Positions 36,596-50,555 of a stretch of 64,000 nucleotides of DNA are shown one piece after another. This DNA comes from Mytilus californianus (taxonomy: Eukaryota). Every line of letters begins with the position of its first letter. The stretch's first letter is position 1. Below the pieces are notes generated by a model, which saw only the letters and a program-made list of their open reading frames with translations, had not been told where the DNA came from and searched no databases. The translations under genes were made by a program, and so were the position numbers. The DNA is taken from the NCBI RefSeq assembly GCF_021869535.1, contig NW_026262675.1:2728001-2792000 (forward strand), in the 5' to 3' direction.

Positions 36596-38122
36596 TTTAT
36601 TGTCGAGCCTGCGACTTTTGTCGCAGAAAGCTCGACATAGGGATAGTGATCTGGCGGCGGCGGCGGCGTTAGCTAACTTCTTAAAAGCTTTATATTTTAG
36701 ATGGTGGAAGACCTGGATGCTTCATACTTTGTATATGGATGCCTCATGTTACGAAGTTTCCGTCAGTCACATGTCCAATGTCCTTGACCTCATTTTCATG
36801 GTTCAGTGACTACTTGAAAAAAAAGTTAAGATTTTTTGTAATGTTAAATTCTCTCTTATTATAAGTAATAGGATAACTATATTTGGTATGTGCGTACCTT
36901 GTAAGGTCCTCATGCCCGTTAGACAGTTTTCACTTGACCTCGACCTCATTTCATGGATCAGTGAACAAGGTTAAGTTTTCGTGGTCAAGTCCATATCTCA
37001 GATACTATAAGCAATAGGTCTAGTATATTCGGTGTATGGAAGGACTGTAAGGTGTACATGTCCAACTGGCAGGTGTCATCTGACCTTGACCTCATTTTCA
37101 TGGTTCAGTGGTTATAGTTAAGTTTTTGTGTTTTGGTCTGTTTTTCTTATACTGTATGCAATAGGTCTACTATATTTGGTGTATGGAAGGATTGTAAGGT
37201 GTACATGTATAGCTGGCAGGTGTCATCTGACCTTGACCTCATTTTCATGGTTCAGTGGTTATAGTTGAGTTTTTGTGTTTTGGTCTGTTTTTCTTATACT
37301 GTATGCAATAGGTCTACTATATTTGGTGTATGGAAGGATTGTAAGGTGTACATGTATAGCTGGCAGGTGTCATCTGACCTTGACCTCATTTTCATGGTTC
37401 AGTGGTTATAGTTGAGTTTTTGTGTTTTGGTCTGTTTTTCTTATACTGTATGCAATAGGTCTACAATATTTGGTGTATGGAAGGATTGTAAGGTGTACAT
37501 GTCTAGCGGGCAGGTGTCATCTGACCTTGACCTCATTTTCATGGTTCAGTGGTTATAGTTGAGTTTTTGTGTTTTGGTCTGTTTTTCTTATACTGTATGC
37601 AATAGGTCTACAATATTTGGTGTATGGAATGATTGTAAGGTGTACATGTCTAGCGGGCAGGTGTCATCTGACCTTGACCTCATTTTCATGGTTCAGTGGT
37701 CAAAGTTAAGTTTTTGAGTTTTGGTCTTTTTTTCTAATACTGCATGTAATAGGTCTACTATATTTGGTGTATGGAATGATTGTAAGGTGTACATGTCTAG
37801 CTGGCAGGTGTCATCTGACCTTGACCTCATTTTCATGGTTCAGTGGTCAGTGTTAAGTTTTTGTGTTTTGGTCTGTTTTTCTTAAACTATAAGCAAAAGG
37901 TCAACCATATTTTTGTATGGAAGAATTATTAGCTGTACATGCCTGCCTAGCATGGTTCATCTGACCTTGACCTCATTTTCATGGTTCATTGGTCAATGTT
38001 TAGTTTACTTGGTTAATGTTAAGTTTATGTGACAGTTGTAATAAAGCTTTATATTTAGGACTATCAACATAATATCAATGATTAGTAAAGAAGGCGAGAC
38101 ATTTCAGCGTGTGCACTCTTGT
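36596..38122 (+). mobile_element. HINE family D with ~9 tandem 147-bp units
   Basis: 5' GTCGAGC hairpin and (GGC)n; GGTGTATGG at 37031, 37178, 37325, 37472, 37619, 37766 (period 147); 3' GGCGAGAC and GTGTGCAC hairpin. Confidence 0.85.
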
Positions 38123-41100
38123 ATTAAAATTGAGAATGGAAATGGGGAATGTGTCAAAGAGACAACAACCCGACCAAAGAGTATAAAACAGCCCAAGGCC
38201 ACCAATGGGTCTTTACATGTTAGTTGGTAAAGAAAGTAAATAAAGACTTACAGAAATAAAAACAAGGAAAAAGGATTGAGGAATGCGTTTAAACATATAT
38301 ATTGAAAAAACACCACACACATAGGGAATTTTTTATTCTTGCTATTTCAACCTCCTTTAAAGTAGGTGTTCAAGGCAACCTTTGGACATACAATCCATAT
38401 CACTTTCATATCTATTTGAACTAGTTTTACTTACATTATTGACTTACAAATATATATTTCTTACTTCCAATTATTGTCCAGCATCCAGTATGACCAATTT
38501 TTCCAATTTATATCAGCAAAGGTCTTGATCCTTTAAAAGATGTTTAGATTATCAATTATATCTGGTGATGTTGTCTTCCACTGTGAAGCATAGCTTTTCA
38601 TCTCTGGTACCCATACTGAGTTTGAATTAGCATATTTGTCAGTCACACAGCTGAAGTTTTCTTAATGCTTCTACCTTTGTGATTTGTCAAAATAAGCAAA
38701 TGCTATTGAAATTTGTTTCTAGAGTTGTTTTTATTTACATTGTTAATAAAAAATATAAACGATAAGCCATGGTTTAATTACTTTACACACATAACATACA
38801 ATGTATGTTTTATATGAATATATCTTTGTATGTTTATCTTTCATTAGTGTTTAGCAATCTTTTAATTTTCAAGCCATATTTTAGACATTATTTTAACTGA
38901 CGTTTTCTCTTATAATTACACACATACTACTTTTGTCATTGTATCCATTAAAATTGAGATCAAATTCACTGCCAGAAGAGAAAAAGTAGAAAAATAAATC
39001 TTCAGAATCCCATCCTTCTATGTCGTTTTTACATGGTCAAAAACATAAGTATGCAATGGGCCTTGAAGTTTATTAAAACAATTATGTATTGCATGTTCAC
39101 AATTCTTAAAAATTGTTCACTAATATTTTGTTAGAGGTAAAAAAAATGAAGGATTTAATGTAAAAAGCAGTATATAGTAGTGTAGTAGACTTGGACTCAC
39201 ATTTAAGTGTGTTGCTCTCTCTGACGTGTGATGGTATGAAGTATAGTGCTGGGTGCACTGAAGTACAGTTGAAATATTTAGTATTACCGCTAGAACCATT
39301 GTATTTGCATGTCAAATTTTATATTTTGTCTCCTTTGTACCTTTATTCATTGTTTTATAGCATAACATTTGTTGTTTCATTTTGAAGTTAACTATTTAAA
39401 GCTATGCTACAGTTTGTTTGTGCGAACACTTTTATGAGATGTATTACTATAAACATGTAAAAAATTTCATTACTCTATTGGTCTGTTTGACATTTTGTGT
39501 GAAATAGGAATAGATGAATCAATATTTTTAGATTACATGTTTTGGTTCAAATTGATGTCTATTTCTTATTTTAAATGAAGGAGACATTTTAATAGAAATA
39601 GTATGAAAACATAAATTTGACATTTTTATAATCAAGTCACAGTAAGACTCTTCAACAAGTCATTATAGCTATGTGTTGTATTATAAATTACTGTAGGTCT
39701 TTATCCTGTAAGGGTATATTAGTTGTCAGTGTCTTTAATTGGAAAATACTAAAAAAAATTAATCCAGCAGACAGGGTTAGTTGATATAAATTGCCTAGAG
39801 TAGGCAAAATAATTAAAATAATAAATCCAGGGGACAGGGTAAGATAAGATCAAAGAGAAAATAGATTGAGTCAGGAACCAACACAAAAATACAAAAGCAA
39901 GGCCCTAATAAATTATAACAGATTTTAGATTAATGAATGTGATTTTATAATTGTTCAGTTGTTGTGCTTTATAAAACCAGTGGTAAATATAATTTAAGTA
40001 TTCTGGTAAAGCATTAAAAATAAATTGTCCTCTCTGAAAAAATGGAAAATAAATTTTTTTTTAAATTTCAAGTGTAATATGAAAGAAATACAGAATGTTG
40101 GATACAGACTAGAAGTTAAGCTTTTTAAAGCAGACCCCACTCAATTTTGTCTTTTAAGATAAAAACTTCAACAACTTATTTAAGAACAACTTTCAACATA
40201 GGAAGATGTGTATACATAGCATAATTTGATTGGATAGCTTTGCATTTATAATAAACTGTGTGGTTTTTATGTTGCCACTATCATTATCAGTGCTCTGCAT
40301 TTTTCGAATAATATTTTGTTTATGTAATTGCTTAAAGCATTATCTATTAATATTCTTTTTTTCTCATTTTGAAAAGTTTTTTTATGTACAAAAAGATGAT
40401 TGCATGCTTTACTGAAATATGAATGTCAACATAACAGATAAGTAAAGATGTACCATCTAGCATCTGCAAAAGTACCATGGAATAGGTCATTATAATTCAA
40501 AGTGATCAGTGTCCATATTATTCTACAAATCCTGTAAATTATTCCTGTAGTGATACCTTTTAAGCAGATAGGCAGCAATGCATGTAATCGTTTTCAAATG
40601 TTAATGTTTTAGACATTGCCATGACATGTTATTTACTCCACTCTAGTCAACATAAGTATGTATTAAATTATTGAGCAAAGCATATATTTATTATCAGCAA
40701 TAATGAGACATTTGTATTAGGACTATCTATTGTATTTTATATGATGCACCTGCCATTTAGCTGAAGCATATGGTGTGGTAAGGGCCTCATTTGGCCTAAT
40801 TTAACACTGAAATCATCTTTTTACTTTGTTAAGATTTCATTTATGTCTTTTTTACAGTTAAGATTATGCAAAACAAAAACTAAACCAGGTAATAAGGTAA
40901 TAAGTTATCAATGTGGTCACTATAGATGTAGCATTGATGGCATAGAAAATATGCTCCTTAGCAATTTTGGTGAAAATGCACAGATTTTGGTCTATTTTTC
41001 AAATGATTTGGAATCTGAAAATTTTGAGTGCATGTTAGAACAAATGAAATACTTAGATACAGAATTTTCAATATGGACAACACCTTTGTTAAATATGTAC

Positions 41101-41963
41101 CCAGATTTAGCACATTACATTTTGACCTAACACATTGTCTTTGTTAGTTCGATGGTTATGGTGAAAATTATCATGTCAGATTTTGTTAATAGTTTTGTTT
41201 GATAAATCTGTTAACTTTTCTAAACTTGTTAATTTACAATTTTTTTTACAGTGCTGCTGCTGTATCTGCTATCAGATGAGAAATTATTCTTGTGATCATA
41301 TAAACAGACTTGTCACATATATTTCTCATTTTTTGTTATTACACCTTTTTTTCCTTTTTGTTATTACACATTTTTTTCCCTTTTTGTTATTACACATTTT
41401 TTCATTATTATGTTTATTCACTGCTTGTGAATTAAAAACTGCAGCATTATGTGTTATTATCACACAGATTTATTAATTGAAAGTTACAAAAGATTCTTAT
41501 CATATTCTTACTATCATTATGTTTTCATCTGTCAGAACTGCAGGCTGCTTTTTGGCAAAAAAATTCAAAGCCACTAAGGGACATTTTAATGCCATTATTA
41601 TAGCTCATTTTAGCGCTGAACGAATTCAATCACTGGTATTTTGGAAACCCATTTTTAGCAAACTTGACCCAGTTGCACTTATGAATTAATAACAAAATTT
41701 ATATTGGATTACCTTAAAAATTCTTTCAATTTTTATTTCAAACTGGTTCAAATTGAAGAATATGTTTGATGAAGAAACCAAGAAAAAATTGTATCGTCCC
41801 TTATGTAAATCTATACTGTTATCACATTAATAAAAGAAAAAGCATGCTAGATGTTCAGTAAAGATGCTTATATTTGAACTGCAAATGAATCTGCTGATAT
41901 TTACAGTTTTGAAAAGGATGGAAACCAAGTAGATGAATGATTTTATTGAAAAAGATACTTTTC

Positions 41964-42067
41964 AAACTCATTTTAATATTGTGCTGTTTAAACTCATTTT
42001 AATATTGTGCTGTTTAAACTCATTTTAATATTGTTCTGTTTAAACTCATTTTAATATTGTGCTGTTT
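41964..42067. repeat. Minisatellite, 4 x 26 bp
   Basis: AAACTCATTTTAATATTGTGCTGTTT at 41964, 41990, 42016, 42042. Confidence 0.9.
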
Positions 42068-42370
42068 TGACATTAAAATCTATCATTATACTAGAGTTTT
42101 ATGTAATATATAAGTGAAAACGGATAACATTTCTGCAGCTGAAATGGGCTCTGATAATTTGAATTTTGATTTTTTGGCCAAAATAAGATAAAAATCTGGT
42201 GCTAAAATGGGTTCCAACTTTGGCTCCTAAACGTTGGATATTTTTGCTCAGATGTCTTATTTATTTTTTTAAATGTCCTACAACATTCAGAACTCATTAT
42301 CATTGTGTTAACATCAATTAAACCACATTCTTGCATGTTTTTTTTTATTTAATATGTATAACTTGCCAAC

Positions 42371-43443
42371 TTTTTATACGACCGCAAAAAATTTTGCGAT
42401 CGTATATTGGTATCATGTCATCAGCGTCGTCGTTGTCAGCGTTGTCCGAAGACATTTCGTTTCCGGACAATAACTTTAGTAAATGTAAATAGAAATCTAT
42501 GAAATTTAAACACAAGGTTTATAACCACAAAAGGAAGGTTGGGATTGATTTTGGGGGTTATAGTCCTAACAGTTTAGGAATTAGGGGCCAAAAAGAGGCC
42601 CAAATAAGCATTTTTCTAGTTTCCAGACAATAACTTGTGGAACGGTGTATGGATCTCTCTGAAATTATACCACAAGTTTCCATACTACAAAGGGATGGTT
42701 AGGATTTGCTTTGGGGGGTTATGGCTCAAACCATTTAGAAAAAAAAGGGGAAAACAAGGGTTTCCTGGTTAATGGACATTTAAAAAAGTACAATGTTATG
42801 TTTGGATTACCTCCCTTACACTGCTTTTAAATTATGTATAAAGAAATGTTGTATTGTCTTGAGTTGATTAGCTGTCAATTTATTTTTTGAAGTTACTATT
42901 TAAATATGCTGATTGAGGAATATTAATTTTAGCCATGATTATGTATGTCATTTTCTATTTTAAGACTTTTATGATGTATTTAAATGGGTAATTTTGGTTG
43001 CAAACTCCATTGGAAATTTGAATTGAGACTATGACCATATCTTAAGGGAATGATTTTTTTTGGGGAAAAAAGGTGGGGGGAGGGGGGGTAAAAAAGAAAT
43101 TGTGAGGGAGGGGCAATTTTTTCTCATTTCAGATCAGATTTCAGAAATTAAAAAGAAAATTTCTTCAAATATTTTTTTTTTGGGGGGGGGGGGGGTGTTC
43201 AATTTGCAACAGCATAGTGTATTGCACAAAAGCAAAAAAATTAATATAAATTCAAATCATATAACCAATTCTAAGTTCTTTGACTACAGTTATTCTGTGT
43301 CAGAAACCTATTATGTGTCAAATGTTTAATAACAATCCAAATTCAGACCTGTATCAAGCGCGAATATTGTGTCCATTTTTGCCCCAACTGTTCAGGGTTG
43401 GACCTCTGCAGTCTAATCCAGCTGCGATCAGCGAAGCAATTTA
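42371..43443 (+). mobile_element. HINE-like element family F
   Basis: TTTTTATACGACCGCAAAAAATTTTGCGATCGTATA hairpin start, (GTC)n tract, internal TTTCC(G/A)GACAATAACT repeat, degenerate 3' end. Confidence 0.65.
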
Positions 43444-44756
43444 TTTATGTTGATATTACAATACATTTAGGAGAAACTTACTGACTGTGCCGAAAGTTTG
43501 ACCTTGGAAATCCATTTCATATGAGGGCTGATATATTTAAACCTACATGCCATCAAGCAGGGAACTTAGTATGAAGATTTATTGATATGGAATCCCAAGT
43601 TTTCAGGGTGAGGTTTGCTCTTTTCTTATCTCATTTTTACTGCGATAATGGCTTTTAAAGTTCTGTATTAAAACTCCTTTAAAACAATGGGATATTATTT
43701 GTTGCATGAATTATGCATGTATTTATAACCTATATCATTAAATACCAAGCTTTTTCCTTGCTAAGAAAAGTGCTCAACTATCACATCCCATTCCCACCTG
43801 TATTTTATGTCCTTTATCACATTATTTTGTATCACTTTCCTTTTAGAACCACAAGACATGTTGTATCAACATGTTTGCTACTCAGTTTGATTTAGCATCT
43901 CATTTTAAAAAATCATTTATTAGTACTGTATTATTGTATTAATTATTTTTATAGGGATAAATAATGAGGTTGAGGGAGAAAAGGATCAAAGACCTGACCT
44001 ATTTATTTATAGAAATCTTTTCCTGTTTATTTTACATAATAATCTTTTCCTATTTTATTGGATATTGTTAATAGAGAAGTTTTAGTTGGGTTTTCAAAAA
44101 GAAAAAAAATGTGGGATTTTCTCAGTAAAGAAATTATTCTGGGTTGTTATAAACGGAGTTATACCACTATTGTTTTCCCCTTTTAGTCTTTGTTAAATTG
44201 GCATTTTCTAAAAATTGTGTAGAATTTTTTTTAAATAAAGGAATACTTGGCATGAATAAATATCCTGTCCAATACTACAGTGAAAACTTCACATAACATT
44301 TCATTGCATTAAATCAGCAATTCCAAATAAACTGATAATTTTTAGAATGCTGGGAGAATTTTTGAGAGGCAAATGATTCATTAAAACTAATAAATACCTT
44401 GTTAGGAATAAAAAAAATTTAATAACTCTGAGTCTCGTAAAAGTCATTTTGCAAGATTTGAATAACTAACTGCATCATAAATTTGTTGAGATAAATATAA
44501 AATATTAAATCATTTCAGGGTTGGAGTTATAATAATAATAATCAGCATAATGTCAATCGTGGTCCACAAGGACAAGTCAATTATCTGATCAAATTTTATT
44601 TTATAAATACCAGTGTTGCAGTGGTAGACATTAAATTAATTTTCATATTTCCTTCTCATCATGGTCTAAGTTTGTTGTATATATGATAAAAATCAACAAT
44701 CAATCCAATCAAAACATGAAAATATGGTATCACAACTATCTGTTTATATTTTTCAT

Positions 44757-45727
44757 TATTAGCTCACCTGGCCCAAAGGGAAAGTGAGCTTTTCTCATCA
44801 CTTGGCGTCCGTCGTCCGTCGTTAGCCTTTTTCAAAAATCTTCTCCTCTGAAACCACTGGGCCAAATTTAACCAAACTTGGCCACAATCATCATTAGGGT
44901 ATCTAGTTTAAAAATGTGTCCGATGACCACGCCAACCAACCAAGATGGTGGCCATGGCTAAAAATAGAACATAGGGGTAAAATGTAGATTTTAGCTTATA
45001 TCTCTGAAACCAAAGCATTTAGAGTAAATCTGACGTAGGGTTAAACTGATTGTCAGGTCAAGATCTATCTGCCCCGAAATTTTCAGACAAATCTGACAAC
45101 CTGTTGTTGGGTTGCTGCCCCTGAATTGGTAATTTTAAGGAAATTTTGCAGTTTTTGGTTATTATCTTGAATATTATTATAGATAGAGATAAACTGTAAA
45201 CAGCAATAATGTTCAACAAAGTAAGATCTACAAATAAGTCATCGTGACCAAAATTGTCAGTCGACCCCTTTAGGAGTTATTGCCCTTTATAGTCAATTTT
45301 AACAATTTTTCGTTAATTTTTGTAATCTTTTACAAAAATCTTCTTCTCTGAAACTACTGAGACAAATTTAACCATACTTGGCCATAATCATTATTAGGGT
45401 ATCTAGTTTAAAAAATTTGTCCGATGACCCCGCCTTCCAACCATCTTGGCCGACTTGGTTAAACGTAGAACATAGGGGTAAAATGCAGTTTTTGGTTTAT
45501 ATCTCTGAAACTAAAGCATTTAGAGCAAATCTGACAGGTGGCAAAAATGTTCATCAGATTTAGATTTATCTGCCCTGAAATTTTTACAGAATCTGACAAC
45601 CTGTTGTTGGGTTGCTGCCCCTGAGTTAGTAATTTTACTATTAATTATGATTTTAACCTTATTTTACATGATTTCCAAAGCATCAGTAAATACAGGTGAG
45701 CGACACAGGCTCTTGAGAGCCTCTAGT
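44757..45727 (+). mobile_element. HINE family A subfamily, ~1.6 units
   Basis: TTAGCTCACC start, (CGTC)n, ~500-bp unit homologous to 303-1446, 3' ACAGGTGAGCGACACAGGCTCTTGAGAGCCT. Confidence 0.85.
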
Positions 45728-47489
45728 TTATTTTATATAATGTGCTGAATGGTTAAAAGAAACTTTTAAGCATGCTATGTTTTTACTGTCTTGTTTGATA
45801 TTTTAGATCTTTACTGAATATTATTTTTTACAAAAGGAAATTACAATAATTGATTACAATTTGTATTATTTTCTAGCTCCTAACAGTTTTAAATATTCTT
45901 CAGGGATTTGAACAATTTCTTTACACATATATCTCATATCCAACTTGTTTTATAGCAAGTAATTATAACATTGATATTTCGTACGGTAGCAATACTCTAC
46001 TTAATTTAGAGCAACCAAGACTTGCCATTTTCATTATGTTTGAATAACATTTTTATTCATATGTAATTTCATGTTCAAGATCCATTTCATGACATTTTTT
46101 TAGCAATACATTGCTGTTACTATCCAAATCAAATCTGACCTCATATGGGTAGATCAGATTTATGTTTGTTTTATCTTAATTGAACATGTTATAAGATGTT
46201 TCTGGTCTTGATAATATTATTTTCTGGTAAGACATTTTTGAATACATTTGGTAATTTTGCTTGGTTGTATTTTTTTGCACTGCCATGAAAGTGTAAGGAC
46301 TCGTATTTGTACATCCACCTAGGTGAAGCCCTTACATTTTAATAGCACTCACCTACAGGACCAAAATTCAAAAAATGTATGTCCACAACACACATCAATT
46401 TCTGACTTTATGGTAGGTGTATTGTTTTATTTAAGAAAATTTCAGTATCATCAGTCCAACAAAGCCTCAAATATTTATATCATACACAGTTTTTAGACAG
46501 TTTTCCTTCTTTTAAATTTTGCATTGTTTTTAGTATTGTGAATAGTATAATACGATGGATAGTTTTCATAGTTTAAAATTAAATATGGAATATTGTATAA
46601 TAAAAGTTGCTAAAACATTATTTGATTATTGTAATTAAAGGAAATAGAAAACAAAAACTTTAGAAATTGCAGATTTAAAAGGGGAAAAGGGGGTGTTGTT
46701 GTAAAAGTTTTTTATTTTTCTGTTTTTGTAAATGTAATAAGCGGGCAAAATATGTGATTAAGATCTGTTACTTTGTGATATTTGTTATTAATAGTGATCT
46801 ACGAAAATTAATGTAGTTGTTTTCCTACTGTTAATTCTGAACTATTTTACTTTGGTGCTCATTATGCAGATGAAATTAAGTTATACACTTACATTGTTTT
46901 GTAAACATTTTATTAATAAATTTTTTTTCAATGTGTTATTTCAGAAAAGAAATTGATGCATGTCCATAAACATATGAAAAAGTAATAGTGTACTGTAGAT
47001 TTTATACAATTAAATTTTAGTCAGTGTTGAAAACTTTTATGTTTCTTTATATATGTATTTATTGAAAACAAAATGGAAATAAAACAAGTACAGAAAATAA
47101 AACATAGTAGTCATTTTTGTGTATGCCAACATCTACTGTAAATTCAAAAATAATACGTGGAATTTATTTTTGCAAAACCTTGACCTCTGACAAAAAGGCT
47201 TAATCTAAATAATGCGATTGCAAAAATTTTATTAAGGAAAATAATTACTACTGAAATTATGAGTGCAAGTTTTTATTATTGCAGAACTGATACTGTTGCA
47301 TTTTTCACAATAATAAAAACATAGCAATAATTTCTGAATTTACGGTTTTATATTTAATTAGAAGACATTCTTTATGCTATTGCTTCTTTGACTTCCACTT
47401 AACACTTGCACTGATTTATCAGTGATTTACTCAGTTATTATGAATTATTTGTCAACTTTATATGCATTGCAAGGTTTACATCTCTGTCA

Positions 47490-47945
47490 AACAGGGTTCG
47501 TCTGACCCATACCTCCTTTCAATAATCATTAATCAAGGTTAAATTTCTGTCTCAGATACTATAATCAATAGTTAGTTATATTTTGTGTATGGAATGATTG
47601 CAAGGTGTATTTGTCTGGTAGGGTTCATTTGACCTTGACCTCATTTTAATGGATCATTGGTTAATGATAAGTTTTCGTAGTTGGATCCTTTCTCTGTTAC
47701 TATAATCAATAGGTCAGCTGTATTTGGTGTATGGATTGATTGTAAGGTTCATATGTCTGTATGGCAGGTATCATCTGACCTTTACTTCATTTTATGGGTC
47801 ATTGGTCAATGATAATTTTTCGTGGTTTGGTCCTTTCTCAGGTACTATAACCTACAGGTCAACTATATTTGGTGTATGGAATGATTATTAGGTCTGCATG
47901 TGCATCTGGTAAAGTTCATTTGACCTAGTCCTCACTTTATAGTCT
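47490..47945 (+). repeat. Degenerate ~146-bp units related to HINE family D
   Basis: About three units with TGACCTTGACCTCATTTT / TATTTGGTGTATGGAATGATT motifs. Confidence 0.7.
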
Positions 47946-48269
47946 GTTTGTCAAGTTTTTAAAAAACACAGAACTACAAATAAGAGCTTCATGAAATTTG
48001 TTATCGGGCTTCATTTGAACTTGCTATAATGACCATGTATTAAATTTTCATTGCATTTTTCTGGGTACTACAAATAACAGCTTCCTGAAATTTGTTACAA
48101 GGCATCATGTGAACATGCGAGACAGTGTAATGTTTTTCCGATTCATCGCTCTTCAACTTCCAATTCACCTAATACTTAAAGCTTGGATATCATTCTTGAA
48201 TGAGCAATATCTCGCAATTCTACTTGTTAAGATAGAGAATACCACATATACAGTTAAGACTGCTGAGAT

Positions 48270-48460
48270 CTAAACTTTATGACAATATAGAGGATTTCAA
48301 GTTCCCGATTGTGAACATTCCATTTCAATGTATCAGCATTCTAGCTGCACCTGCATATGGAGTATTTGTATTATAGTTGGTATGATATCCCAGGGCTAAC
48401 GTTTACTATCCCGATTTCCTCATTAAAGGGCTGCTGCATACAAAAAAAAACTATTACGCT
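48270..48460 (+). mobile_element. Degraded Penelope-like RT C-terminal fragment
   Basis: KLYDNIEDFKFPIVNIPF..AAPAYGVF.. with stops; same motif family as 28349-28606 and 60278-60475. Confidence 0.55.
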
Positions 48461-48823
48461 ACCTAATGGTTTAGTTGAAGTCATCTCGTTGAAGGTATAC
48501 GGTATATATGAAATATCTGTGCTTTAGATGACCATTGCTTAGTTCCACTTGTTTCAGCAACAATCCAATCCTCTTTGTCTCGATTAAATCAGCACCTTTG
48601 TGATTTATCATCAAATTTTTACTAACCATGAGCATCATGATAGGTGTTATTAGTGAATCAGGAATTTCTGTCCTTGAGCACACGAGTTTAACCCCGGTTT
48701 TAAATGGAGTTTGTGTTGCTCAATCTTAATTTTTTGTGTATTGGTTTGTGAACAGTTGTTTGTATATTTGTGTTCCTTTCTTTTGACTAATTATTTTTTA
48801 TTGCCCCCTTGGTATCTTCTCTC

Positions 48824-50476
48824 TTTTTAGCTCACCGGGGCCCGAAGGACCCCATGTGAGCTTATGCCATCACTTGGCGTCCGTCGTCTGTCGTCGTCGT
48901 CTGTTGTCGTCTGTCGTCGTAAACTATTTCAAAAATCTTCTCCTCTGAAACTACTGGGCCAAATACCTTCAAACTTTAACTAAATGTTCCTTAGGGTATC
49001 TAGTTTATAAATTGTATCCGAAGTTTTGATCTATCGATAAACATGGCCGCCATGGCTAAAAATAGAACATAGGGGTCAAATGCAGTTTTTGGCTTATATC
49101 TCAAAAACTAAAGCTTTTAGAGCAAATCTGATATGGGGTAAAATTGTTCAATTGGTCAAGATCTATCAGCTCTGAAATTTTCAGACGAATCGAACAACCC
49201 ATTGTTGGGTTGCTGCCACCGAATTGGTAGTTTTAACAAAATTTTGCAGTTTTTTCTTATTATTTTGAATATTATTATAGATATATATAAACTGTAAGCC
49301 GCAATAATGTTTAGCAAAGTAAGATCTACAAAAAAGTTAATATGACCATAATTGTCAATTGAGCTCTTAAGGAATTATTGCCCTTTAAAGACAATTTTAC
49401 ACAATTTGTTCATCAAGTTTGCTAACATTTAAAAATCTTCTCCTCTGAAACTACTGGGCCAATTACCTTGAAACTTAAATTAATGTTCCTTAGGGTATCT
49501 TGTTTATAACTTGTATCCGAAGTTTGTATCAATAGACAAACATGGCCGCCATGGCTAAAAATAGAACATAAGTGTCAAATGCAGTATTTGGCTTATATCT
49601 CAAAAACTAAAGCTTTTAGAGCAAATGTGACGGGGTAAAATTGTTTAATTGGTCAAGATCTATCGGCCCTGAAATTTCAGACGAATCGAACAACCCATTG
49701 TTGGGTTCCTACCACCGAATTGGTAATTTTAACAAAATTTTGCAGTTTTTTGTTATTATTTTGAATATTATTATAGATATATATAAACTGTAAGCAGCAA
49801 TAATGTTTAGCAAAGTAAGATCTACAAAAAAGTTAATATGACCATAATTGTCAATTGAGCTCTTAAGGAATTATTGCCCTTTAAAGACAATTTTACACAA
49901 TTTGTTCATCAAGTTTGCTAACATTTAAAAATCTTCTCCTCTGAAACTACTGGGCCAATTACCTTGAAACTTAAATTAATGTTCCTTAGGGTATCTTGTT
50001 TATAACTTGTATCCGAAGTTTGTATCAATAGACAAACATGGCCGCCATGGCTAAAAATAGAACATAAGTGTCAAATGCAGTATTTGGCTTATATCTCAAA
50101 AACTAAAGCTTTTAGAGCAAATGTGACGGGGTAAAATTGTTTAATTGGTCAAGATCTATCGGCCCTGAAATTTCAGACGAATCGAACAACCCATTGTTGG
50201 GTTCCTACCACCGAATTGGTAATTTTAACAAAATTTTGCAGTTTTTTGTTATTATTTTGAATATTATTATAGATATATATAAACTGTAAGCAGCAATAAT
50301 GTTTAGCAAAGTAAGATCTACAAAAAAGTTAATATGACCATAATTGTCAATTGACCCCTTAAGGAGTTATTGCCCTTTAAAGACAATTTTACACAATTTG
50401 TTCATCAAGTTTGCTAACATTTAAAAATCTTCTCCGAAATACAGGTGAGCGATTCAGGCTCTTGAGAGCCTCTTGT
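48824..50476 (+). mobile_element. HINE family A, three 496-500 bp units
   Basis: Same termini as 303-1446, inverted; unit anchors TCCTCTGAAA at 48941, 49441, 49937 and truncated at 50433. Confidence 0.9.
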
Positions 50477-50555
50477 TTACAATTAAATTCATAATAATTA
50501 ATTTATGAATTTATGTAATTTATGCTGCCTTTATGTATAACAAACAGCAGATTTG

